Made by a program: the position numbers and the translations under genes
Shown here: one piece after another, positions 21,958 to 30,419 of the stretch
How the letters are laid out: the number at the start of each line of letters is the position of its first letter
Numbering within the stretch: the stretch's first letter is position 1
The notes under the pieces: generated by a model
What the model was told of the DNA's origin: nothing
Databases searched by the model: none
Seen by the model: only the letters and a program-made list of their open reading frames with translations
Source of the DNA: Leptolyngbyaceae cyanobacterium
GTDB lineage: Bacteria; Cyanobacteriota; Cyanobacteriia; Phormidesmidales; Phormidesmidaceae
Assembly: GCA_965263355.1 (NCBI GenBank)
Contig: CBDHHL010000032.1
Coordinates: forward strand, 1,696,001-1,760,000
Length of the DNA stretch: 64,000 bases
Direction: 5' to 3'

Positions 21958-22333
21958 TCGAGCATTGATTTATGAAAAGCTACTCCAGATTGAGATGGCT
22001 CTAGGACGCATTAAGCGAAGGTTTTCAGGTATTGGCTCCGCTGCTGATTTTCTTAATAGCGATCATGGATTGGACATGTTAGATGGCATTAGCATGATGT
22101 TAATTGCGATTGGAGAAAATCTAAAGAACATCGATGCTAAAACGCAAGGTGCTTTTTTAGAGCGATATGACTCTGTAAACTGGAAAGGTGCCAAAGGTGT
22201 AAGAGATATTTTATCGCATCATTACTTTGATTTAGATGCGGATGAGATTTTTGATATCTGTCAGAACGATATTCCTAATCTAGCTTTAGTGATCAGGGAA
22301 ATGGTTGAAGAGTATAAAGATGCAGGCTCTTAA
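21950..22333 (+). CDS. HEPN/DUF86 RNase toxin (HepT-like)
   Basis: IGENLK and RDILSHHY (RX4HXY); start overlaps the MNT stop. Confidence 0.88.
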   Translation: MSDRALIYEKLLQIEMALGRIKRRFSGIGSAADFLNSDHGLDMLDGISMMLIAIGENLKNIDAKTQGAFLERYDSVNWKGAKGVRDILSHHYFDLDADEIFDICQNDIPNLALVIREMVEEYKDAGS

Positions 22334-22494
22334 GACTAAATGCCTGATTTGATTATGTTTGGGATACCCAAAAAGTCTTTTTTGGGTGAATCCTGGCCTA
22401 TGTCTGCCCTGATTTTTTCGCCGATGGCTGTATCTGGTCCAGATGTGATTTGACACTGGTGGGTAGATAACCGAATTGGTAAAACCAACACAAC

Positions 22495-22541
22495 AAAACC
22501 AAGCAAAAGTAGGCTTTGAACCGTACCATTGCTTGGTTTTT
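22495..22541. terminator. Probable bidirectional terminator
   Basis: AAAACCAAGCAA...TTGCTTGGTTTT between convergent genes. Confidence 0.55.
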
Positions 22542-22569
22542 ATTATGATTTATTTGCTGATGCTAAGTC

Positions 22570-24420
22570 CTAGTGAATACGCTTTCTAAGCCCTAGGGCA
22601 GATAGACCAAACAAGACCAACGCAGACACAACACCGGGCTCGGGAACTGGAACAACAGTTCCTTCTGGAGTCAGCAGCAATGAAATCTCATCACTGTATA
22701 CTCGACGCTCGGTGCCTAGCACATTGTAGTTGCTATCAAGGAGTGGGAAGCTGTACACCGGAGTAAATGTAACTTTATTGTTCTTTCCATGGCGCTCAAG
22801 GTTAACCTCAAGATGGCCATAGTGCTTACCGCCTTCAACAATTTGTAAAGCACCATCCACCTCTTGCCATAGCTCAGGTTCATCCTGGTCAGCTGTCCAT
22901 TCACTATAGGGATTGTATCCCAAGGGCTGGTCGTCCTCTGTGCGCACCTCGCCACGCAGACCATCCCCTGCAACACCCACATCGTAGTATTGCACACCAA
23001 CACCATCGCCATCTTCGTCTACGAAGCTGCGCTCAAACATTTCGCTATGGCCTGAGAACACAGCGACAACACCATACTCTTCAAATAGAGGATGGTACTT
23101 GCGCAAGGGTGTTCCCCCCTGACCGCTAGACAGCTCATGGTTCATGGCAAACCCATGGGTACCGCTGGAGTAAGGTGCATGGTGGAACTGGGCAAAGATA
23201 ATCTGTCCATTGGCACGGGCATCTTCAAGCTGCTCGATCACCCAATTCCACTGGGGACTGCCAGGGTTAAAGTCAGCCAGATCAGTACCACCCGCTGCTT
23301 CATACTGCTCACGGGTATAGTTTTGCTGAGTATCGGTACCAGGGTCAGTAAATTCTAGACCACTGATTTTGGGGGGTTGGCCTTCACCACCGTAGTTATC
23401 GCGGGTGTCATCTGGCTCACCATTAGAACTATCTAAGGTAAGAATGGTAATCGGGCCGTAGTCGATGCGATAGTAGTTATCCTGGTGCTCAGGGGTGCCA
23501 TTATCGGGTCCATCAAAATAAGTGTGGAACTTATCACGACCGAATTTAGGCCCAAAGCGACCATCCTCATCGATACCATAGCCGCCATTAAGCGCACCAA
23601 AGTTCTCCCAGTTGCCTAAAGCAGGCAGCAATGGATACTCAGACAAACCACTGTCAAACTCACCTGCATTGTGACGGAAGAACTCATCCCAGCCAGGCTG
23701 GTAACCGCCACCCTGCATCAGGTCTCCAGGCATCACCAAAAAGTCGGGCTGACGGTCGTTAACAATGGACAGGTTAGCCGCGTAGCCTTCTGTCTCAGTC
23801 AGGGCATAGCGGAGGCGCGTACCTGTGGTGCCAAAGGTTTCAGCCCAAACGCTAGTCTCTGGGTCGGGACGGTCTGCTGACCCTGGTGCCAAAGCACCCT
23901 GCTGCCAATCGCGACCAATCAGACGACCGGCAGGCTGGGTTTCACTGTCAGCAAAGGCAATAAAACGAATGCTGTCCCAATCATCTGTAGTGGGTGCTGT
24001 TTTGAACGTAGATTCAAATACATTGTCACCCAGGGCAACAGAATAATCGTAGGTGGTATTAGGGGCTAGACCACGTACATCAATGGTGTGCTTATAGTTG
24101 TTGTCACCCAAGAGCCAGGAACCCTGCTCTAAATCACCAATTTCTTGAGCCTTTTCGGCATTGGTATAGGTTAAAACTGATTCAAAGGAAGGGGTGCTGG
24201 TAAAGGTAAGGGGAGTGGCGAGATCGGTTCCAGTAATGCTAAGGGTGCCAGCCACATCTTCATCCGTGAACCAGGTGAAGTACATGCCGTCGGAAGACGG
24301 TTGTTGCAAATAGGGATTGACACGAAAAGAGGCTGCCTGGGCAGGTAAGGCAGCCATAAGGCCAGTGCTTAGGGTTGCTAGTAGGGCGTGGCTAAGTAGC
24401 TTAAAGCGAGTTGAGGACAT
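22570..24420 (-). CDS. Secreted calcineurin-like metallophosphoesterase with FN3-like N-domain and PEP-CTERM sorting signal
   Basis: Signal peptide ending AQA; motifs FADSE, GDLMQ, GNWE, HHAPYSS, SGHSE; C-terminal VPEP + TM + RKR. Confidence 0.85.
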   Translation of the reverse strand: MSSTRFKLLSHALLATLSTGLMAALPAQAASFRVNPYLQQPSSDGMYFTWFTDEDVAGTLSITGTDLATPLTFTSTPSFESVLTYTNAEKAQEIGDLEQGSWLLGDNNYKHTIDVRGLAPNTTYDYSVALGDNVFESTFKTAPTTDDWDSIRFIAFADSETQPAGRLIGRDWQQGALAPGSADRPDPETSVWAETFGTTGTRLRYALTETEGYAANLSIVNDRQPDFLVMPGDLMQGGGYQPGWDEFFRHNAGEFDSGLSEYPLLPALGNWENFGALNGGYGIDEDGRFGPKFGRDKFHTYFDGPDNGTPEHQDNYYRIDYGPITILTLDSSNGEPDDTRDNYGGEGQPPKISGLEFTDPGTDTQQNYTREQYEAAGGTDLADFNPGSPQWNWVIEQLEDARANGQIIFAQFHHAPYSSGTHGFAMNHELSSGQGGTPLRKYHPLFEEYGVVAVFSGHSEMFERSFVDEDGDGVGVQYYDVGVAGDGLRGEVRTEDDQPLGYNPYSEWTADQDEPELWQEVDGALQIVEGGKHYGHLEVNLERHGKNNKVTFTPVYSFPLLDSNYNVLGTERRVYSDEISLLLTPEGTVVPVPEPGVVSALVLFGLSALGLRKRIH

Positions 24421-24516
24421 AAGCTCAAGGGATAGATGTGATGTTCTTTAGAACGGCTGGAAGTGAAACTTCCCAGCAAGCGAAAATAGGCTATTCATGA
24501 GGATCAAATGAGGCGT

Positions 24517-24546
24517 ACCTTAATGGAAGATTAATGGGAGATGATT
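24517..24546 (-). promoter_or_regulatory. Candidate Pho box upstream of the phosphoesterase
   Basis: Minus strand AATCATCT-ccc-ATTAATCT-tcc-ATTAAGGT, 11-bp period. Confidence 0.4.
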
Positions 24547-24699
24547 AACTGGACTTCTCTCGCTTAAGAGAGGCTTATCTTCAAGGAAACTTCATGCGGT
24601 TAGCCTATCTGTTAGGCTGTCTTCACAAAAAGTCTATTCTTTGTTAAGGCGCTACATTGCTTGAGTGGAGCCAATGCCAGTGGCGTGAATGTCCAGGTA

Positions 24700-24852
24700 A
24701 AGTGGCTTGATAAGCTTAGGCTCTATGCCAGTATGGGGGTACTGGAGTTTTGGCGATATAACGGTGAGGGTTGGCGGATTTATTGGCTACAGCGTGAGCA
24801 TTACATAGAAGCTGAAGTGAGCCTTACTTTTCCTAAGGTGTCAAACAAGTAG
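24700..24852 (+). pseudogene. Uma2 C-terminal fragment
   Basis: DKLRLYASMGVLEFWRYNG...SLTFP. Confidence 0.7.
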
Positions 24853-24911
24853 GAGCACAGGGAGCAATAGGGAGAGCACTGATCGATTTGGAGTTGTGTA
24901 TCTCACCTCAC

Positions 24912-25127
24912 CTAACTGGCTAGTCGTAAATCCATCTCGATAGGGAGTTCTATCTGTTCGTTGGCTGTCAGCCGTTTGGAGAAGAAGAGAATTTCCAGGT
25001 TTTCGACTGCGCCAAAATCTGGGTTGAGTCGGGCGATGATTTTGTTACCGATTTCTTCAGATTCTTGCTCTGCATAGGGAGGGCATTGGTCAATGTATAA
25101 AATGTTGCCTTCTTGGTCGTAACGCAA
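24912..25127 (-). CDS. DUF2283-like small protein, possibly 5'-truncated
   Basis: RYDQEGNILYI...ARLNP...VENLEILFFSKR; TTG start only. Confidence 0.6.
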   Translation of the reverse strand: MRYDQEGNILYIDQCPPYAEQESEEIGNKIIARLNPDFGAVENLEILFFSKRLTANEQIELPIEMDLRLAS

Positions 25128-25393
25128 GGCTAAGGGTAGTCCCCTTTAGGAAAGGATAAGGAAAATAAAGTAGAGATACCCTCCCGTGGCTTTACCCAGC
25201 AAACGTCATCTTGCTTCTTTTTCTCCATCCTTTCCTTAAAATGAAAACAACATGTCTGCGTTGAACAACTTCGCATCCGGTTTGGAAGATCTTAGATTAT
25301 GCTACGGACTTGCTATATTGGCAGTCTATCTGTTGAGAATGTATGTATCTCTTTCATCACAACTTGAGACCTCCAAGTGATCATGTACCGTAT

Positions 25394-26725
25394 TTATTGT
25401 GCACGTTTATAGGCTAACTCTCCTAAAATATAAGTCGCCTGAACGGTTCGATCGTCTCCCATCATGATCAAGGAAAATGTGCGATCTGCCAATTCTTTGA
25501 GATCGCTGGGAGTCTTAGGAGAATTACGAAATGCCATTAGGGGCGTAGCTCGTGGATCAAGCACAATAAAATCTGCGGCTTTACCAATGTCAAAATTACC
25601 CAGGGTATCCTCCAGACATAGTGCTCTGGCACCACCCAGGGTAGCCAAAAACAAGGCTTGAAATGGAGATAGCGTTTGATTACGCAGTTGTGCCACCTTA
25701 TAGGCCTCATTGGCCGTTTGCAACATGGAAAAGCTGGTGCCTGCGCCCACATCTGTCCCCAGCCCTACTTTAACGGGATAGTCTGCAGATTTTGCTTGCT
25801 CAATTTTGAACAATCCACTCCCAAGGAATAAATTAGATGTAGGGCAAAAGGAAATCGCTGATTTAGCTGCCGAGAGTCGTTTAAATTCTTCATCTGTTAG
25901 TTGTACCCCATGGGCAAAGATCGAGCGTTCTCTTACCAAACCCGCCTGATCGTAGGTATCTAAGTATCCCTGGCAGTTAGGAAACAACTGTTTTACCAAG
26001 GCGACTTCATCTACATTTTCCGATAGATGGGTATGTAAATAAACATCGGGAAATTCTTGGAGGAGCTGCCCCGCCAGACGCAGCTGTTCATCAGTGGAGG
26101 TAATGGCAAACCGGGGTGTGACGGCATACTGCAGACGACCTCGTTTATGCCACTTTTGAATCAATGCCTTAGTCTCTTCATAGGAAGACTCTGCCGTATC
26201 GCAAAGATTGGGAGGAGCGTTGCGATCCATCATCACCTTGCCGGCAATCATACAAAGGTTACGATGCTCTGCCGCTTCAAAAAAGGCATCTACCGATTGT
26301 GGAAAAACGCAGGTAAAGACCAGGGCTGTCGTGGTGCCGTTGCGTAGTAGTTCATCTAAGAATACCCCAGCAACCTCTTGGGCGTAGGCCTTATCCTTAA
26401 ATTTAAGTTCGGTGGGATAGGTGTATTGACTAAGCCATTCCAGGAGCTGTTCTCCATAGGCTGCAATCATCTCAGTTTGAGGATAGTGGATATGGGTATC
26501 GATAAACCCTGGCATAATCAGTTGACCAGGATATTCGGTAATGGGAATACCCTCGTACTGGGCCTGTAAATCTGTATAATTTCCAAATGCGTTGACCTTG
26601 CCATCCGCTAAGACAAGTAGTCCATCTGCTAGATAGCGGACGCTCTCGATTTCTGGTTTAAAGAAGGGATCGTCAACAAAGTCTAAAAATGAACCGCGAA
26701 TTCCTTTGAGCTGAAACTTACTCAT
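25394..26725 (-). CDS. guaD: Guanine deaminase
   Basis: PGFIDTHIHYPQ, LLEWL, TPRFA, HTHLSEN, CPTSNLFLGSG, GTDVGAG. Confidence 0.95.
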   Translation of the reverse strand: MSKFQLKGIRGSFLDFVDDPFFKPEIESVRYLADGLLVLADGKVNAFGNYTDLQAQYEGIPITEYPGQLIMPGFIDTHIHYPQTEMIAAYGEQLLEWLSQYTYPTELKFKDKAYAQEVAGVFLDELLRNGTTTALVFTCVFPQSVDAFFEAAEHRNLCMIAGKVMMDRNAPPNLCDTAESSYEETKALIQKWHKRGRLQYAVTPRFAITSTDEQLRLAGQLLQEFPDVYLHTHLSENVDEVALVKQLFPNCQGYLDTYDQAGLVRERSIFAHGVQLTDEEFKRLSAAKSAISFCPTSNLFLGSGLFKIEQAKSADYPVKVGLGTDVGAGTSFSMLQTANEAYKVAQLRNQTLSPFQALFLATLGGARALCLEDTLGNFDIGKAADFIVLDPRATPLMAFRNSPKTPSDLKELADRTFSLIMMGDDRTVQATYILGELAYKRAQ

Positions 26726-27010
26726 AAAACAACTGAGCCATGGTGGTTATGTAAACAATGTCTGAGTCTGGAGATTGTTGTTCAATCTTCCAACCTAGCT
26801 TGGTATTGTAATTAATTAAGATGGTAATAAATCCAAGGCCAGAGTTGAGGGCATGTTCATAGTCTAGATTTTTCTCTAAACGCTCTATGTATAGATCGTT
26901 GAGATCCGATGTTGTTAGAGCATGAATGAGTTCTTTAAAGCTACTCATGTTTTTCGCATGGGTGGTATTGATAACCATTGTAATCAGTCGATCGGAGTAA
27001 TAGTAAACAG
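26718..27010 (-). pseudogene. Slr1658-like (HATPase-fold) regulator C-terminal fragment
   Basis: DLYIERLE...SGLGFITILINYNTKLGWK...TTMAQL; stop overlaps the guaD ATG. Confidence 0.6.
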
Positions 27011-27735
27011 GAAGTCGTCAATATCTTCTTCGAGGGCTATGGGAAAGCCTAAATTGACGGTGTCAATCTGTTCTAAGGAGCCATCCGCTCGAACTACTAG
27101 CACATCTTCATGTTGACCACTTAGATAGAGGGTGCCTTGGTTGTAATCCAATAAATTTAGGGTGAGGGTTTTGTCTGAATTAATCCGCTGTACGTTGTAA
27201 TACATGGAGCGATTCAGGGCGCTTAGAAATCGTTCCGGTTTGGTTTCTTTGCTTTCTAATAGGGTTCTAACAGTGGTCTGGACCATAATCATGATCAATC
27301 CACTTTCCAGGCCATGGCCAGTGACATCGCCAATGCCAATTTTTAGATTTCCCTGGGGGCTGGCGATGACATCGTAGTAGTCTCCGCCAACGTCATCACA
27401 GGGATCCATGTACCCGGCATGGATTTCCACCCCTGGCATCTTTTGGTCATCGGTCTGGGCCTGACTGTAGGGGGTGTAAAAGTCATCTCCGGCCTGGGGG
27501 GTGAGGTAGCCGATATAGATGATGCGATCGCGAATTAACTCAGGATCTACCTGATTGGTTAAAACATCCGTTAACGTCACAAATTCAGTAGCCTGTCGAG
27601 CTGAGCGATAATTGAGCATCAGCTGATAACCGCTCCTTGTATCCGTTGTTTGATAGCCACCAAAATTAGCCGTTAACGGGGGAATAATTTTGTCACCCAG
27701 TAGCAGTTCATCGTTTTCAAGCTGCTCTGCATATT
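26984..27735 (-). pseudogene. Chimeric remnant: CHASE2 fragment fused in frame to a truncated PP2C/SpoIIE phosphatase
   Basis: GGYQ...YQLMLNYR...DRIIYIG...DDFYTPY...MPGVEIHA (CHASE2) runs directly into GYMDPCDDVGGDYYD...IGDVTGHG (PP2C). The C-terminal YTDG motif is missing. Confidence 0.75.
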
Positions 27736-27825
27736 TAACTCACTAGCGATAAAGTGTCCTTACATAAATACTTCTGTTTTTTTTTAGTATCCATGTAAAC
27801 ATGGCTAAAGGTGCCGCTCTCTCCT

Positions 27826-29082
27826 ATGAATGCTTTGTCCTCTAATTCCGATGATCCCTCACTTGACCAGCTCGCTGCAGAGAATAAGCAATTACGCGAG
27901 TCCCTGGCCTTAGTCCAGAGTGAACGTGATAATTTAGAGGCATTGATGAATATTGTGACGGAACATTCCACCGTACTGGAGAATTCACTTAACCAGCAAA
28001 AGTGGGAAATGGCTGGTTACATTGAGCAGGTAAAAATTGTTACTTCGGCAGCGGCAGCGGTACAGCAGGATATTTTTACCTCGGAGCATTTAGCCTCCGT
28101 TGCTGCTCGGTCTGATGAGTTGGGAAACCTGGCTAAGGTCTTTACAGAAACAGTTTTAGCGGTCAAAAAACATGAGCGAACGCTGGTTCAAACTAACCAG
28201 CATTTAGAACAACTTTTGCAGGCTTACAGCCGCTTTGTGCCCAGAGAATTGCTCAATTTTTTGCAAAAAGAGAGTGTGATCGATCTGCAGCTTGGGGATC
28301 ACGTTAGCAAGGAAATGGCTGTCTTGTTTTCTGATATTCGCGGCTTTACGACCATGGCCGAGACGATGACGCCCCAGGAGAACTTTAACTTTATTAATAC
28401 CTATTTAGGTTACGTCAGTCCAGAAATTGCTAACCACAATGGGCTGATTATGAAATATATGGGGGATGGCTTGATGGCGGTCTTTCCCAATGGTGTGGAC
28501 GATGCACTGCAAGCTTGTATTGCCCAAGCTGAGCAGCTGCGGGACTATAACCAACAGCGTCGGGCTAACGGATATGGTGCCCTGAGTGTGGGCATGGGGA
28601 TCCATGTGGGGCAGATGATGGTAGGCATTGTGGGGGAGAGCCATCGTATGCAGGGGGATGCGCTGTCTGACAATGTCAACCTGGCAGCTCGATTGGAGGG
28701 ACTGACTAAATATTATGGGGTGCAGCTGCTGGTGTCTGAGGATGTGCTGCAGAAATTGACGGATTGCGATCGCTACCCCGTAAGGCTGATCGACCGTGCC
28801 ATTGTCAAAGGCCGGCATACACCTATCACTGTCTATGAGGTGCTCGATGCAGAAGAAGACACCATGCGAGCTAATAAGCTTAAAACCCTACCTAAGTACT
28901 TAGAGGCCCTGGCCCTCTATCAGCAAGGAGAACTTACCAAAGCCCAAACCTGTTTTGAACGGGTATGCGCGGCAAACCCGACCGATAAAACGGTGCAGCT
29001 GTATCTAGAACGGTTGCAGTTATTGCAGAAACAGGGACTGCCCGATGACTGGCAGGGAATTTGGGAGTTTACACGGAAGTGA
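27826..29082 (+). CDS. Class III adenylate cyclase with coiled-coil/HAMP-like N-terminus
   Basis: RSDELGNLA, FSDIRGFT, KYMGDG, GDALSDNVNLAARLE, VKGR. Lys/Asp specificity residues point to ATP. Confidence 0.88.
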   Translation: MNALSSNSDDPSLDQLAAENKQLRESLALVQSERDNLEALMNIVTEHSTVLENSLNQQKWEMAGYIEQVKIVTSAAAAVQQDIFTSEHLASVAARSDELGNLAKVFTETVLAVKKHERTLVQTNQHLEQLLQAYSRFVPRELLNFLQKESVIDLQLGDHVSKEMAVLFSDIRGFTTMAETMTPQENFNFINTYLGYVSPEIANHNGLIMKYMGDGLMAVFPNGVDDALQACIAQAEQLRDYNQQRRANGYGALSVGMGIHVGQMMVGIVGESHRMQGDALSDNVNLAARLEGLTKYYGVQLLVSEDVLQKLTDCDRYPVRLIDRAIVKGRHTPITVYEVLDAEEDTMRANKLKTLPKYLEALALYQQGELTKAQTCFERVCAANPTDKTVQLYLERLQLLQKQGLPDDWQGIWEFTRK

Positions 29083-29116
29083 AATGACGTAGCGTTGTCC
29101 AAGAAGCTCAGTGTTG

Positions 29117-29160
29117 TGAAAGCCCCTAAAGCCCCAATATTGGGACTTTAGGGGCTTTCA
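29117..29160. terminator. 44-bp near-perfect palindrome (terminator or dispersed repeat)
   Basis: TGAAAGCCCCTAAAGCCCCAAT-ATTGGGACTTTAGGGGCTTTCA with one mismatch, between convergent genes. Confidence 0.7.
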
Positions 29161-29208
29161 GTCTTATAGAGGGGGGCGGCTCTGATCATCAATGGGCCAT
29201 CTGCTTAT

Positions 29209-29418
29209 TTAAGCATTAGCAGATAAGGCTGAGGCGGAGTTGGCTGACTCCAATGATGATTCTGGGGATTGATTGGGTGTTTTTTCGGGTTCTAAAACCT
29301 CTAAGTAATCTGCTAATTTGTTCCACTCTTGGGCCACCCTGGCATTAGCCGTATCCGCTGCAAACCGAAGTGCATCAATAATTTTTCTTTTTTGGCTTTC
29401 ATGAATGATGTAATGCAT
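29209..29418 (-). CDS. Small hypothetical protein (69 aa)
   Basis: Strong RBS TAAGGAG before ATG; helical MHYIIHESQKRKIIDALRFAADTANARVAQEWNKLADYLE plus a Ser/Ala tail. Confidence 0.6.
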   Translation of the reverse strand: MHYIIHESQKRKIIDALRFAADTANARVAQEWNKLADYLEVLEPEKTPNQSPESSLESANSASALSANA

Positions 29419-29463
29419 TTTTTTACTCCTTATTTTAGGGTTGAACTCTAAAGTGTGGGCTAA

Positions 29464-29585
29464 GCAGGGCATGGCTCACCAGGTAGTGGGCCATTTAGAT
29501 GCAAACACCTTAGCTCCAAAGTCCTTGTCTTTGGCAATAGGGTTTTTGCTTGTTCCCCTGCCAATTGACGCTACCTGCCCATTGC
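29464..29585 (-). ncRNA. Candidate structured RNA leader (three-way junction)
   Basis: Closing stem CAGGTAG/CTACCTG encloses two hairpins; G-U pairs favour the minus strand; TATAAC lies just upstream. Confidence 0.4.
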
Positions 29586-29969
29586 TGTTATATGACTAAG
29601 GCATCGGAAAATCTGTAATCATTTATTCATCTACTGAAATTAGTACAGAGTATCCACACAAAGTGAGTCAATTGCTCTAGCATTGCGCCAAGCTTAAAAT
29701 TTTTGGCTCAGGGAGTGAATAATCAGCATACTTAGAATGTACATATTCAAGAACAGGCTCGTACTGGACCTTGGGACTACAGGTTAACTGCTGTGTACAC
29801 AGTAGGTGTTTTAGACTTTATTTTTAATGAGCATAAACATGAGGAGATGGTAGATACAGAACATATGTATTATTTTTTCTCGCGTCCATGAATTTCTAAT
29901 ATGCTCAGGGGGGAACTATACTGAAACTTTCCATATATCTACCTAATATGAACGTACTATATGGATAGC

Positions 29970-30052
29970 TCGCAGTATAGTACGCCGATTTGGGTGGATA
30001 GGCTGCAAGTTCGCAGTATAGTATGCCGATAAGGGGAGATAGACTGAAAAAG
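29970..30052 (+). repeat. Imperfect tandem duplication, unit about 41 bp
   Basis: TCGCAGTATAGTA(C/T)GCCGAT...GATAG(G/A)CTG at 29970 and 30011. Confidence 0.7.
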
Positions 30053-30124
30053 TCGATCTAATATTATGTTGCTCTGACCCGATTTAAATGTTAGTACATG
30101 GGAACCCTATAGTACAACGGGTCA

Positions 30125-30211
30125 CAACAACACTATGTTGGAATCGACACCTCCGCCGTTAACCGCCGGACGCCGTTCCGGCGGAAGTGCGGTTCAACTC
30201 CATCGTTAAGT
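30125..30211 (+). mobile_element. Integron attC-like recombination site
   Basis: AAC, 5 bp, L'' GTTGGAAT(CG) ... (CG)GTTCAAC L', 6 bp, R' GTTAAGT; extra G in L''; central stem CCGCCGGA/TCCGGCGG. Confidence 0.65.
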
Positions 30212-30419
30212 AGCATTCTTTTGATCTCCAAGTTATTCTTGCCCTAAACCTCAGAACAGTATCTACTCGACTCTTTAGCTCATGAAAAAGTACCCTCTAG
30301 GGTACTAGTAAATGTATGGTCAGAAATTCATAATTAAACTCAAACTAATGATTTTCTAGTCCTAAATAACACTTAGGGTTGAAAAGTCATAGATAAATAA
30401 TAAGCTACACATCAAGAAA

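Noticed and set aside
26984..27619. Functional novel CHASE2-PP2C fusion
   Set aside because: Both domains are truncated, there is no TM between them, and the catalytic C-terminal Asp motifs are missing.
27826..29082. Guanylate cyclase (suggested by the guaD neighbour)
   Set aside because: Specificity residues are Lys/Asp, typical of adenylate cyclases.
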